From contig CAXHZO010000004.1 of NCBI GenBank assembly GCA_964022095.1, positions 1-64,000 on the forward strand: a stretch of DNA of 64,000 nucleotides, written 5' to 3'. The notes under the pieces were generated by a model that was given only the letters and a program-made list of their open reading frames with translations, did not search any database and was not told the origin of the DNA. Shown piece after piece: positions 1-7,620 of the stretch. The DNA comes from an uncultured Arcobacteraceae bacterium. Lineage in GTDB: Bacteria; Campylobacterota; Campylobacteria; Campylobacterales; Arcobacteraceae. Every line of letters starts with the position of its first letter. Position 1 is the stretch's first letter. Position numbers and translations under genes: made by a program.

Positions 1-236
1 AAGATAGAAAGCATTGCTTCTATTCTTTCGGGTTTTATATCTGTCATATCTTCTCTGCTCTTGTTTTCTAATGAGATGTATTCATTTCCACTGCTATCAA
101 TTCCTTGAATATAGTTTCTAACAGTTTGAGGATCTTTGTAGTCTTTAAAAACCTCTTTAAAATCCTTACTTTCTAACTTAAGATAAACAAATTCTGATAG
201 AAGTCCATTTTCTTTTAATTCTTTAATAACATTCAT
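1..236 (-). CDS. Second paralogous lipase-like effector, N-terminal 78 aa only (continues beyond window start; not in ORF track)
   Basis: Manual translation MNVIKELKENGLLSEFVYLKLESKDFKEVFKDYKDPQTVRNYIQGIDSSGNEYISLENKSREDMTDIKPERIEAMLSI matches the N-terminus of 950..2407. Nucleotides 1-55 are identical to 2118-2172. ATGA overlap with the stop of 233..934. Confidence 0.9.
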   Translation of the reverse strand, partial: MNVIKELKENGLLSEFVYLKLESKDFKEVFKDYKDPQTVRNYIQGIDSSGNEYISLENKSREDMTDIKPERIEAMLSI

Positions 237-934
237 TTTTTATCCTTTATTCCTATTGTTTCTAATAAAGTTTCTTTTGCATTATGCCCTATATTAGGAA
301 GACTATGTAGACTATGACCAGTTCCACCTACCATCTGTAAAATATTTGTTCTAAAGTAGTTCCCAAATTTATTAAAGTATACATAGTAACTTTCTATCAT
401 TGGCTTCTTTTTATTTGTATCTACTATTTTTAAACTACCAAATTTATAATAGAAAGTTGTAAGCTTATCTTCTGTAATTATTTTATATCTAGCAGTAGAT
501 TTATCTGATAAGTTAAATTCATAGTTACCTTGAGATAGTTTTTTAATTTTTAAAATTTTATAGTTACCTTTTTCATCTTTTACATAAAACTCTAAAAAGT
601 TATTTACTAAATTAAATTCATCTTCATAATATTTGTCAAGCTTTTCTCTTGTATAGCTTTTTAATGGATAACCATAAAGAATATAAGCAATACTATCAAC
701 CTTGCCATCTTTGTCAAGTTTTGCTTTTTCATAAACTTTATACTCAGGATATACTAATTGATAATATATAGCAGTACCTTCTTGTAGAAAGATATCCCAA
801 AAAGGGAATACTAAACAAAAAGTTAGAAATAGCCTTGAAATTAATTTCTTTTTAAATATCTTAAATATTAATTTAGATAGAAAATATGCTACTACTATAT
901 ATAATATGAGTAAAAAAGTGATTATTATGCCCAT
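233..934 (-). CDS. Two-TM membrane protein with soluble C-terminal domain; putative immunity protein (copy 2)
   Basis: 233 aa with two N-terminal hydrophobic segments. About 77% identical (hand count 180/233, gapless) to 2404..3105. Lies immediately upstream of a lipase with an ATGA overlap. Immunity role is inferred. Confidence 0.65.
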   Translation of the reverse strand: MGIIITFLLILYIVVAYFLSKLIFKIFKKKLISRLFLTFCLVFPFWDIFLQEGTAIYYQLVYPEYKVYEKAKLDKDGKVDSIAYILYGYPLKSYTREKLDKYYEDEFNLVNNFLEFYVKDEKGNYKILKIKKLSQGNYEFNLSDKSTARYKIITEDKLTTFYYKFGSLKIVDTNKKKPMIESYYVYFNKFGNYFRTNILQMVGGTGHSLHSLPNIGHNAKETLLETIGIKDKK

Positions 935-949
935 AGTTTTTCCTTTTTG

Positions 950-2407
950 TTAACTCATAGTTTGGATGTTAGAGTTAGAATTGTTAGTTTCATTATTTTG
1001 TAAAGATTGAGCAAAAGAGGGCTTGTATTCTTCTTGGGAGTTAAAAGAGTCTAAATTAAAATTAGGATTAATTTGAATACTAAATATCTCAGTAGAAGAT
1101 AAAGAATTGCCTTCGTTAGAAATAACCTTATCTTGATACTGAGAAATAAATTGTTTGCAATAGTTATTTTCAAAAGAACTAGACAAATCAGTACTAGATA
1201 ATAAAGTAAGCTTGTCTTGTGTAGTATCTAAAGAATTGATTTGAGTAAAAAGATTATTTATATTTTCTAATTTTTCTTCTTTGTTAGATTCAAAATCATT
1301 GATGTATGTATTGAGCGTATCTTCAAATTGTTTAATACCATCAGTAGAACTTAAACCTAAACCATAGCCATTTTTAATAGCTTGTGCTTTTTGTTCTGGT
1401 GTCATCTCTTGCCAGTCTTTTAGTTTTTGAGAATGAGAGTTTGATTGGCTTTGTTCTATCACTTCTTGATTGTATTTATTAATGTCTTCAAGTGATGAAA
1501 TATTATCCTTATCTAGTTTTTCAAGAAGTATATTTGAAGGAATAATACTATGAGCATCAAACCCAAGATTTTCACCGTAAACTTCAATAACTTGACCTAA
1601 ATGTTTAGAACCCTTTATTGTAGTAGCAAGATTAGATAAAACATCTCCGTTTAATAACCCAGTGTCTTGATAAGAGATAATAGAGATATTTTCATTTGCA
1701 AATTTAGACATAGGAGAAGTATATATGTTAGCTTCTTCTAAAACTCTAAAAGCTTTAGGGAATACAGGATGAACTAAATCATAAGAACCTAAAGGGTTGT
1801 ATGCATAACCCTTTATTCCTAAAGTAGAACCAACCTCTTGAACTAAAATACCTCCTAGTGAGTGGCCAGTTAAAGTTAAGTCTTCTTTTTTGATATTATG
1901 CTTTTTTATAGAATTTTCAACAAACTCAATAGCCTCATTGTATTGAACATTGTGATTAGAAGCAATTATACCATCAACAAGCCAGTCTTTTTTACTTTCA
2001 GTACCTCTAAAAGCTATTGTATATTGAGCTGTTTCCTTGTTTTTTAAAAGCATAGCTTGAAAATCAGATCCAAAGAGTCCATCATCAGAAGAGAATTCTT
2101 TAATATCATATTTATCTAAGATAGAAAGCATTGCTTCTATTCTTTCGGGTTTTATATCTGTCATATCTTCTCGTTGTTCTTCTGTTATGGGGTTTTCCTT
2201 TCCTTCTTGAGTAAAAGGTTCTTTCCCTTCTTTTTGTAGTCCTTGAATATAGTTTTTTATGGTTTGAGAACTTTCTCCATTTTTTAAGAAGTCCTCATAG
2301 GTCTCTCCTTTATTTATAAAAGACTTTTTAAAATCATAACTCTCTAACTTAAGATAAACAAATTCAGAAAGAAGTCCATATTCTTTTAATTCTTTAATAA
2401 CATTCAT
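950..2407 (-). CDS. Alpha/beta-hydrolase lipase (Lipase_3/DUF2974/Tle-like) with ~190-aa polar C-terminal extension; putative secreted toxin
   Basis: Motifs IAFRGTE, LTGHSLGG (nucleophile), GDVLS (candidate Asp) and DAHSI (candidate His). No signal peptide. C-tail is Q/N/S/E-rich and ends SLQNNETNNSNSNIQTMS. Confidence 0.8.
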   Translation of the reverse strand: MNVIKELKEYGLLSEFVYLKLESYDFKKSFINKGETYEDFLKNGESSQTIKNYIQGLQKEGKEPFTQEGKENPITEEQREDMTDIKPERIEAMLSILDKYDIKEFSSDDGLFGSDFQAMLLKNKETAQYTIAFRGTESKKDWLVDGIIASNHNVQYNEAIEFVENSIKKHNIKKEDLTLTGHSLGGILVQEVGSTLGIKGYAYNPLGSYDLVHPVFPKAFRVLEEANIYTSPMSKFANENISIISYQDTGLLNGDVLSNLATTIKGSKHLGQVIEVYGENLGFDAHSIIPSNILLEKLDKDNISSLEDINKYNQEVIEQSQSNSHSQKLKDWQEMTPEQKAQAIKNGYGLGLSSTDGIKQFEDTLNTYINDFESNKEEKLENINNLFTQINSLDTTQDKLTLLSSTDLSSSFENNYCKQFISQYQDKVISNEGNSLSSTEIFSIQINPNFNLDSFNSQEEYKPSFAQSLQNNETNNSNSNIQTMS

Positions 2408-3105
2408 TTTTTATCCTTTATCTCTATTTCATCAAGTAAATGACTATTACTATTAGAAGGTATATTTGGTAGTCTATGAAGACTATGTCCTGTTCCACCT
2501 ACCATCTGTAAAATATTTGTTCTAAAGTAGTTTCCAAATTTATTAAAGTATAAGTAGTAACTTTCTATCATTAATTTATTTTCTTTGGTATCTATGATTT
2601 TTTTGTATCCAAATCTATGGTAAAAACTTGTAGTTTCATCTTCTGTAAATATTTTATATCTAGCAGTAGATTTATCTGATAAATTAAATTTATAGTTACC
2701 TTGAGATAGTTTTTTAATCTTTAAAATCTTTTCTTTACCATGTTTATCTTTTACTTTAAATTCTAAAAAGTTATTTACTAAGTTAAATTTTTTGGAATCA
2801 TATTTGTCCAATTGTTCTGGAGTATAATATTTCATTTTATCAGGGTATAAAAGGTATGCTATACTATCAACCTTGCCATCTTTGTCAAGTTTTGCTTTTT
2901 CATAAACTTTATACTCAGGATATACTAATTGGTAGTATATGGCAGTACCTTCTTGTAAAAAGATATCCCAAAATGGGAAGATAAGACAAAAACTTAAAAA
3001 CAATCTTGAAATTAGTTTCTTTTTAAAGATTTTAAATACTAGTTTCGAAAGAAAGTATACTATTGCTATATATATAAATAATATGAAAAAAATTACTATA
3101 CCCAT
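2404..3105 (-). CDS. Two-TM membrane protein; putative immunity protein (copy 1)
   Basis: Paralog of 233..934. Starts 3 bp after the coupling-protein stop and overlaps the lipase start (ATGA). Confidence 0.65.
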   Translation of the reverse strand: MGIVIFFILFIYIAIVYFLSKLVFKIFKKKLISRLFLSFCLIFPFWDIFLQEGTAIYYQLVYPEYKVYEKAKLDKDGKVDSIAYLLYPDKMKYYTPEQLDKYDSKKFNLVNNFLEFKVKDKHGKEKILKIKKLSQGNYKFNLSDKSTARYKIFTEDETTSFYHRFGYKKIIDTKENKLMIESYYLYFNKFGNYFRTNILQMVGGTGHSLHRLPNIPSNSNSHLLDEIEIKDKK

Positions 3106-3108
3106 CTA

Positions 3109-5004
3109 TTATCCTTTATCCCAATGTTTTTTGTTTTCTTCTATTTGTTTAAAAAACTCTTTTTTATTCATATATTGTGTTAAAGGAATTTTTTTATTTA
3201 AATCTTTTCCTTCGTAAGTTACAACTTTTCCTTTTTGTATAACATTTCTCTCTGCATGTGCTACAGCTTTATAAATATTCCCATCGGTTAGAACTAACAT
3301 CTCTCCACTATTCATTTTTTCGATTTCATGATGTTTTATAGCATCTTCTTGTAAAACTTGAAAGTTGTCTTCTGCACTAGTTGTTCCAAATGAACCATTT
3401 CTTTTTTCTTGATAGGTTCTATCTAAATATCTATTTTGTTTAATTTTCTTATTTATCATCTCCGTAACATCAGAACTAGTAACTTTCATTATAATTAAAG
3501 TACCAGTTACATCTAACATTTGTTTCGTTTCTAATCCTTTACCATTATCAACAATATCAATTTGTGCAAAAGATTGAAAGATAGGGATAATTGAAATTCC
3601 TAATGATCTACATTTTGACATTAGTAATCCAAAACCATTAATAATATAAGAACCTATTTCATCAAACACTGCTAAAAATGGTATTTCTGGTTGTATTGCA
3701 AATTTTGCTTTTTGTTGAGCAACGCCTTTTAGTAGTCCAAGCATTAATCTTCCTAATTCTTTTGGTGTTGTATCCGAATCCATTGTTGGTAATGTAACAA
3801 ATAGAATTTTATTATGCTGAATAACTTCCCATAAATTTGTACTAGGATCTTTTGTATTAAATACATTTTTATAATCACTTCCAAGTGTTGTGAGTATTCC
3901 TCTCCAAGCATTTATACTTACGCTAACATCATAAATCCCCTGATTACGCTCAGAATTATTTAATTTCGAATAAATATTTTCTAAAAACTTATTGTTTTGT
4001 GTTGTAATTTTACCTTTTGGATATATTTCAGGATCTTTACTTGTATCAATATCAAATGGAGAGCTTAGAAATTCATTATGATCTATTGATATAGTAGAAG
4101 AGATGTATTTGACAAAATCCATTAATGATGAATTCTTTTTTGCTTCATCTCTATATAAAAGTGCTTCTTCAACAAGCTTAGATAAAGTCATGAATTCAGT
4201 AAGTAGTGAAAAGTTTAAATTAATATTCTCATAGTCACGTTTGTATACAAGAAGTTTCAAAACATTTTTCATAAACTCTTTTTGTTTTGCTTTCCATTGG
4301 TCTTCCTCTCCTATAAGTAAAGAAATTAAAATTTCATATAAAGAGTTTACACTACCACTTTGTAGGGGATTAATAGAATGAGTGTTATCCATATCTAATA
4401 AATTAATATGAATAAAGTCCTTTTCTCTTCCATAAAGTTTTGATAAAGCAAACATCTCTTTTGCAAATTCAGATGTACCTTTACCATCAATTATAAATGC
4501 TCCTCCTCCTAATATAATTTGTTGCTCAGCTAATCCTTTCATTAAAAATGTTTTTCCTGCACCTACTGTTGCAAGTATCATCATGTGTCTTTTGAATTTC
4601 TCAGAATTAAATAATAATGGTCTAATGATATTATTTTTTATATAACTTTTCTTTGCATTACCATAAAATTTTTTAACTTCAACACCTACTGAAAGTAAAT
4701 ATTTATTTTCAGACGAATTTTCAATTATATTCTCATCTTCTTTTTTTGTTTTTTTATTAATAAAAAGTAAAATTGATGTACTTAATGCAATAAATAAAGA
4801 TAAATATGAAAAGTATTTTTCTTTCATTCCATAATTATAATAATCGTAAGCACAATATGCTGTAATAAGAATTCCTATAAAAACAATAGATTTTATTGAA
4901 TATTGTAATAGTTTATTGGATTTAAAAAAATCTGCAAAATTTTCTCTTCTTGGTTTAAAAACTCTTTCTTGTAAATTTTCATGTACTATATTTTCATTAC
5001 TCAT
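3109..5004 (-). CDS. Type IV secretion coupling protein (VirD4/TraD superfamily), DotL/IcmO/TrbC-like
   Basis: Two N-terminal TMs, Walker A ATVGAGKT, FIIDGKG, and Walker B region AVFDEIGSY..GFG..SKCRSLGISIIPIFQ. VTLPTMD..ELGRLMLGLLKG resembles type IVB coupling proteins as recalled. Confidence 0.85.
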   Translation of the reverse strand: MSNENIVHENLQERVFKPRRENFADFFKSNKLLQYSIKSIVFIGILITAYCAYDYYNYGMKEKYFSYLSLFIALSTSILLFINKKTKKEDENIIENSSENKYLLSVGVEVKKFYGNAKKSYIKNNIIRPLLFNSEKFKRHMMILATVGAGKTFLMKGLAEQQIILGGGAFIIDGKGTSEFAKEMFALSKLYGREKDFIHINLLDMDNTHSINPLQSGSVNSLYEILISLLIGEEDQWKAKQKEFMKNVLKLLVYKRDYENINLNFSLLTEFMTLSKLVEEALLYRDEAKKNSSLMDFVKYISSTISIDHNEFLSSPFDIDTSKDPEIYPKGKITTQNNKFLENIYSKLNNSERNQGIYDVSVSINAWRGILTTLGSDYKNVFNTKDPSTNLWEVIQHNKILFVTLPTMDSDTTPKELGRLMLGLLKGVAQQKAKFAIQPEIPFLAVFDEIGSYIINGFGLLMSKCRSLGISIIPIFQSFAQIDIVDNGKGLETKQMLDVTGTLIIMKVTSSDVTEMINKKIKQNRYLDRTYQEKRNGSFGTTSAEDNFQVLQEDAIKHHEIEKMNSGEMLVLTDGNIYKAVAHAERNVIQKGKVVTYEGKDLNKKIPLTQYMNKKEFFKQIEENKKHWDKG

Positions 5005-5797
5005 TATTTAAATCTTTCTTTTCCATAAATTTTTTGTACTTATAAAGTAAGTATGAGCCATTAAGTTTGATTACATTTAGATTGATATTATCTAAGGCAT
5101 TTATAAACTCTCGGTCATTAGAATCATTTATTACTAATGTTTCTAATTGTCCAATTCCTATGTTAAATTCTTTTGTATACTTACTCCATAAATAAATTAA
5201 AAAGAAATCTAAATTATTTTCAAGTTTGTTTAAAGTGTCGTTATAGTTTATAAATATTTCTTTTTCTATTTCTATATAATTTAATAGTTTATTGAATATT
5301 TTATCTTTTAGAGGGTATTTTTTTATTTCATCAATATTTTTGACATATGTATAACAATAGTTTTTATTCATATTTTTTAGATAACTAATTGTATTAGGGG
5401 ATATCGTTTTGTTTGAGCTAGTATAAATATATAATTCATTCTTATCACATGGTACTTCAATTCTATCTGATTTTTCTATTGCATATGATGAAAACGTATT
5501 TATAACTTCTTCTTTATCTATTCCCCAATAGTTTTGTTGTTTTGCATATATTTTTCTAGAGTCAGCATCTTTACTAAAATTAAATATATAGTAAAGTGAT
5601 AGACAAAGAATACATAAAATAAGAATTAGTATATAAATTGCTGTTCTTTGATAGTCAATTATCATATATAAACCCCAAATAAATGATAAAGAATAAAGTG
5701 TTATTAGTAGAACAAGTTCTTTTGATTCTTTTTTATATTTATTTAATCCATAGAAAAATAATATTAGTAGTGAAAATAAAATGCACATTGTAAGCAT
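4997..5797 (-). CDS. Hypothetical membrane protein (3 N-terminal TMs plus soluble domain), coupled to the coupling-protein gene
   Basis: Three hydrophobic segments in the first ~75 aa; 8-bp overlap with the T4CP start. Confidence 0.6.
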   Translation of the reverse strand: MLTMCILFSLLILFFYGLNKYKKESKELVLLITLYSLSFIWGLYMIIDYQRTAIYILILILCILCLSLYYIFNFSKDADSRKIYAKQQNYWGIDKEEVINTFSSYAIEKSDRIEVPCDKNELYIYTSSNKTISPNTISYLKNMNKNYCYTYVKNIDEIKKYPLKDKIFNKLLNYIEIEKEIFINYNDTLNKLENNLDFFLIYLWSKYTKEFNIGIGQLETLVINDSNDREFINALDNINLNVIKLNGSYLLYKYKKFMEKKDLNNE

Positions 5798-5812
5798 AGT
5801 TAAAATCTCCTT

Positions 5813-6199
5813 TTAATATAAGTATGAGAATATTGATAAAACTATAGAGCACGTACTTATAATTATTAAAGAAATAATAAGGGAATTTTTTTGATTTTTT
5901 AGTTTTAGTTTTTCAATCTCAAATTTTCTTTCAAATTCATTTTTTAAATCTTTAGTAAGGTGTTCTTTCATACTTTCAAATTCTGAAGATAAGTAAAGAG
6001 ACATTATCTCATCATTAATGTTAGAAGAAGAAGTATTATTCTTAATTGTATTTACTTTATTATGTATATTTAGTAGCTCTTTAGATATTTTTTCTAAAGA
6101 TGTTAAGTATGTAATTTTATCTTTTTGATATTGTATAGTTATTTCTTGAAACTCATGAGATAACTTGTCCTTTGTATCAGATATTTTTTGTATAAGCAA
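5813..6199 (-). CDS. Hypothetical coiled-coil protein with C-terminal membrane anchor
   Basis: 128 aa, TTG start with upstream GAGGG, helical charged body, hydrophobic C-terminal 20 aa. Confidence 0.6.
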   Translation of the reverse strand: MLIQKISDTKDKLSHEFQEITIQYQKDKITYLTSLEKISKELLNIHNKVNTIKNNTSSSNINDEIMSLYLSSEFESMKEHLTKDLKNEFERKFEIEKLKLKNQKNSLIISLIIISTCSIVLSIFSYLY

Positions 6200-6242
6200 G
6201 TTTTTCCCTCAAAATAATTTTTTAGTATAATATCTATTATTT

Positions 6243-6260
6243 ACTTATTTTAAAATAAGT
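6243..6260. promoter_or_regulatory. Perfect 18-bp palindrome in the divergent promoter region (candidate operator)
   Basis: ACTTATTTT|AAAATAAGT. A second palindrome AAATTTTA-AA-TAAAATTT lies at 6315-6332. Both are AT-rich, so chance occurrence is possible. Confidence 0.35.
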
Positions 6261-6358
6261 TTTTAAGTTATAAATACAGAATATATCTAAAATAATTTTC
6301 AAGAGTATCTAAGCAAATTTTAAATAAAATTTAAGCAATCAGTAAAAGGGGTTTTTAA

Positions 6359-7024
6359 ATGTTTAGAAATTTAGTAAAAGTTGGAGTTAGTGCAACTTTG
6401 TTAGCTCTAGTTGTAACTGGATGTAGCTATAAAAAAGAGGTTACAAGTACAACAGTAAATGACGAAGTTTTAAAAGAGTACAATAAAGTACAAACGACTA
6501 AGCAACACTTAGAAGTAGCTGCAGATATGCAAAAAAATGTAACTACACAAACAGATTTAGAATCAACTATTGCTTCACTTGCAACACAAATGATGCAAAA
6601 TAAAAAAATGGATACCAGAAAGCCAGTATTAATCACTTCTTTTGTTAGACTTGATCAATTTAAGAAAACTACAGAATTTGGTAGAATTGTAAGTGAGAGT
6701 TTAATTAATGAAATGTCAAATAGAGGATTTAATATCATTGAATATAGAGGTCAAATGGCTGTTTCTATAAATGATCAAGGTGAATACTTTATTACAAGAA
6801 AACCCCATAATTTAAAAGATAAAATACCAAATACTTACGTTGTTGTTGGTACATACTCAAGACAACTTGGTAAAATTATGTTAAATGCAAGAGTGATTGA
6901 TAATATCACTGGAAAAATCATTACAAGTGCAAGATCAACTTATAATCATGGGTACGTAAATGATTGTTTAATCTTCAAAGATTGTAGACCTGCAAGAACT
7001 ATTAAAATTATAAAAGAAAAATAG
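6359..7024 (+). CDS. FlgO-family outer-membrane lipoprotein
   Basis: Lipobox VTGC; ITSFVRLD..FGRIVSESLI..RGF..EYR; VVGTYS..LNARVID..IITSA are FlgO-type motifs. Confidence 0.75.
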   Translation: MFRNLVKVGVSATLLALVVTGCSYKKEVTSTTVNDEVLKEYNKVQTTKQHLEVAADMQKNVTTQTDLESTIASLATQMMQNKKMDTRKPVLITSFVRLDQFKKTTEFGRIVSESLINEMSNRGFNIIEYRGQMAVSINDQGEYFITRKPHNLKDKIPNTYVVVGTYSRQLGKIMLNARVIDNITGKIITSARSTYNHGYVNDCLIFKDCRPARTIKIIKEK

Positions 7025-7029
7025 TACAG

Positions 7030-7620
7030 ATGATAAAAATATTTAATATAAAAGTAATATCTCTTTTACTTTTATCAATGTTTTTAACATCGTGTTCATA
7101 CCATAAAATCCCAGTAACTTTTCAAACAGGTGCTAATGACTTTCATTCACTTGTTTCAAAATTAGTTGATGAGTCAGCAGAAAAAATTAAAACTAAAGTT
7201 AAAAAAGATGATATTGTTTTAGTTTCAGATTTTGTGAATTTAGATAAATTAAAAAATAGATCACAATTAGGCTTTTTACTTTCAGATATTTTAAAAGATA
7301 AATTAGTCTCTTTAGATATTGTTGTAAGAGAAGTAGAAATAGGAAAACAGTTTGAACTTGGTTCTACTGGTTTTAATATGCTAACAAGAAACAAAAATGA
7401 AATTATTAGTGATAATATTACTGATAATCAAAGATATGCAGTTGTTGGAACATACTCTATTACTAGTAAAAGTTTAAATGTATTTATTAAATTAATTGAT
7501 ATAAGAACAGGAAATATTTTATCATCATCATATGAAAGAACAGATGTTGATAAAGAAATTATGCAATTAGAAGGACAAGATAATTATAATCCTGTACTTC
7601 GTCCAAATGTAGTTTTATAA
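7030..7620 (+). CDS. FlgO-family outer-membrane lipoprotein (paralog)
   Basis: Lipobox LTSC; VSDFVNLD..LGFLLSD; VVGTYS..IKLIDIRTGNILSS. Confidence 0.75.
   Translation: MIKIFNIKVISLLLLSMFLTSCSYHKIPVTFQTGANDFHSLVSKLVDESAEKIKTKVKKDDIVLVSDFVNLDKLKNRSQLGFLLSDILKDKLVSLDIVVREVEIGKQFELGSTGFNMLTRNKNEIISDNITDNQRYAVVGTYSITSKSLNVFIKLIDIRTGNILSSSYERTDVDKEIMQLEGQDNYNPVLRPNVVL

Larger units (their letters stand above)
1..3105 (-). repeat. Tandem duplication of the [membrane protein + lipase] cassette, period ~2.17 kb
   Basis: The offset between the two 233-aa paralogs is 2171 bp. Long near-identical DNA blocks alternate with divergent patches. Confidence 0.9.

Noticed and set aside
950-2407. Lipase as a T6SS Tle effector
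   Set aside because: No vgrG, PAAR, hcp or adaptor gene is adjacent, and the operon link is to a T4CP. Not fully excluded.
3109-5004. Calling the left region a complete ICE/conjugative element, or the ATPase a HerA/FtsK defence protein
   Set aside because: No relaxase, integrase, VirB4 or att site is visible. N-terminal TMs with the IDGKG and RSLG..FQ motifs favour a coupling protein. The element may extend left of the window.
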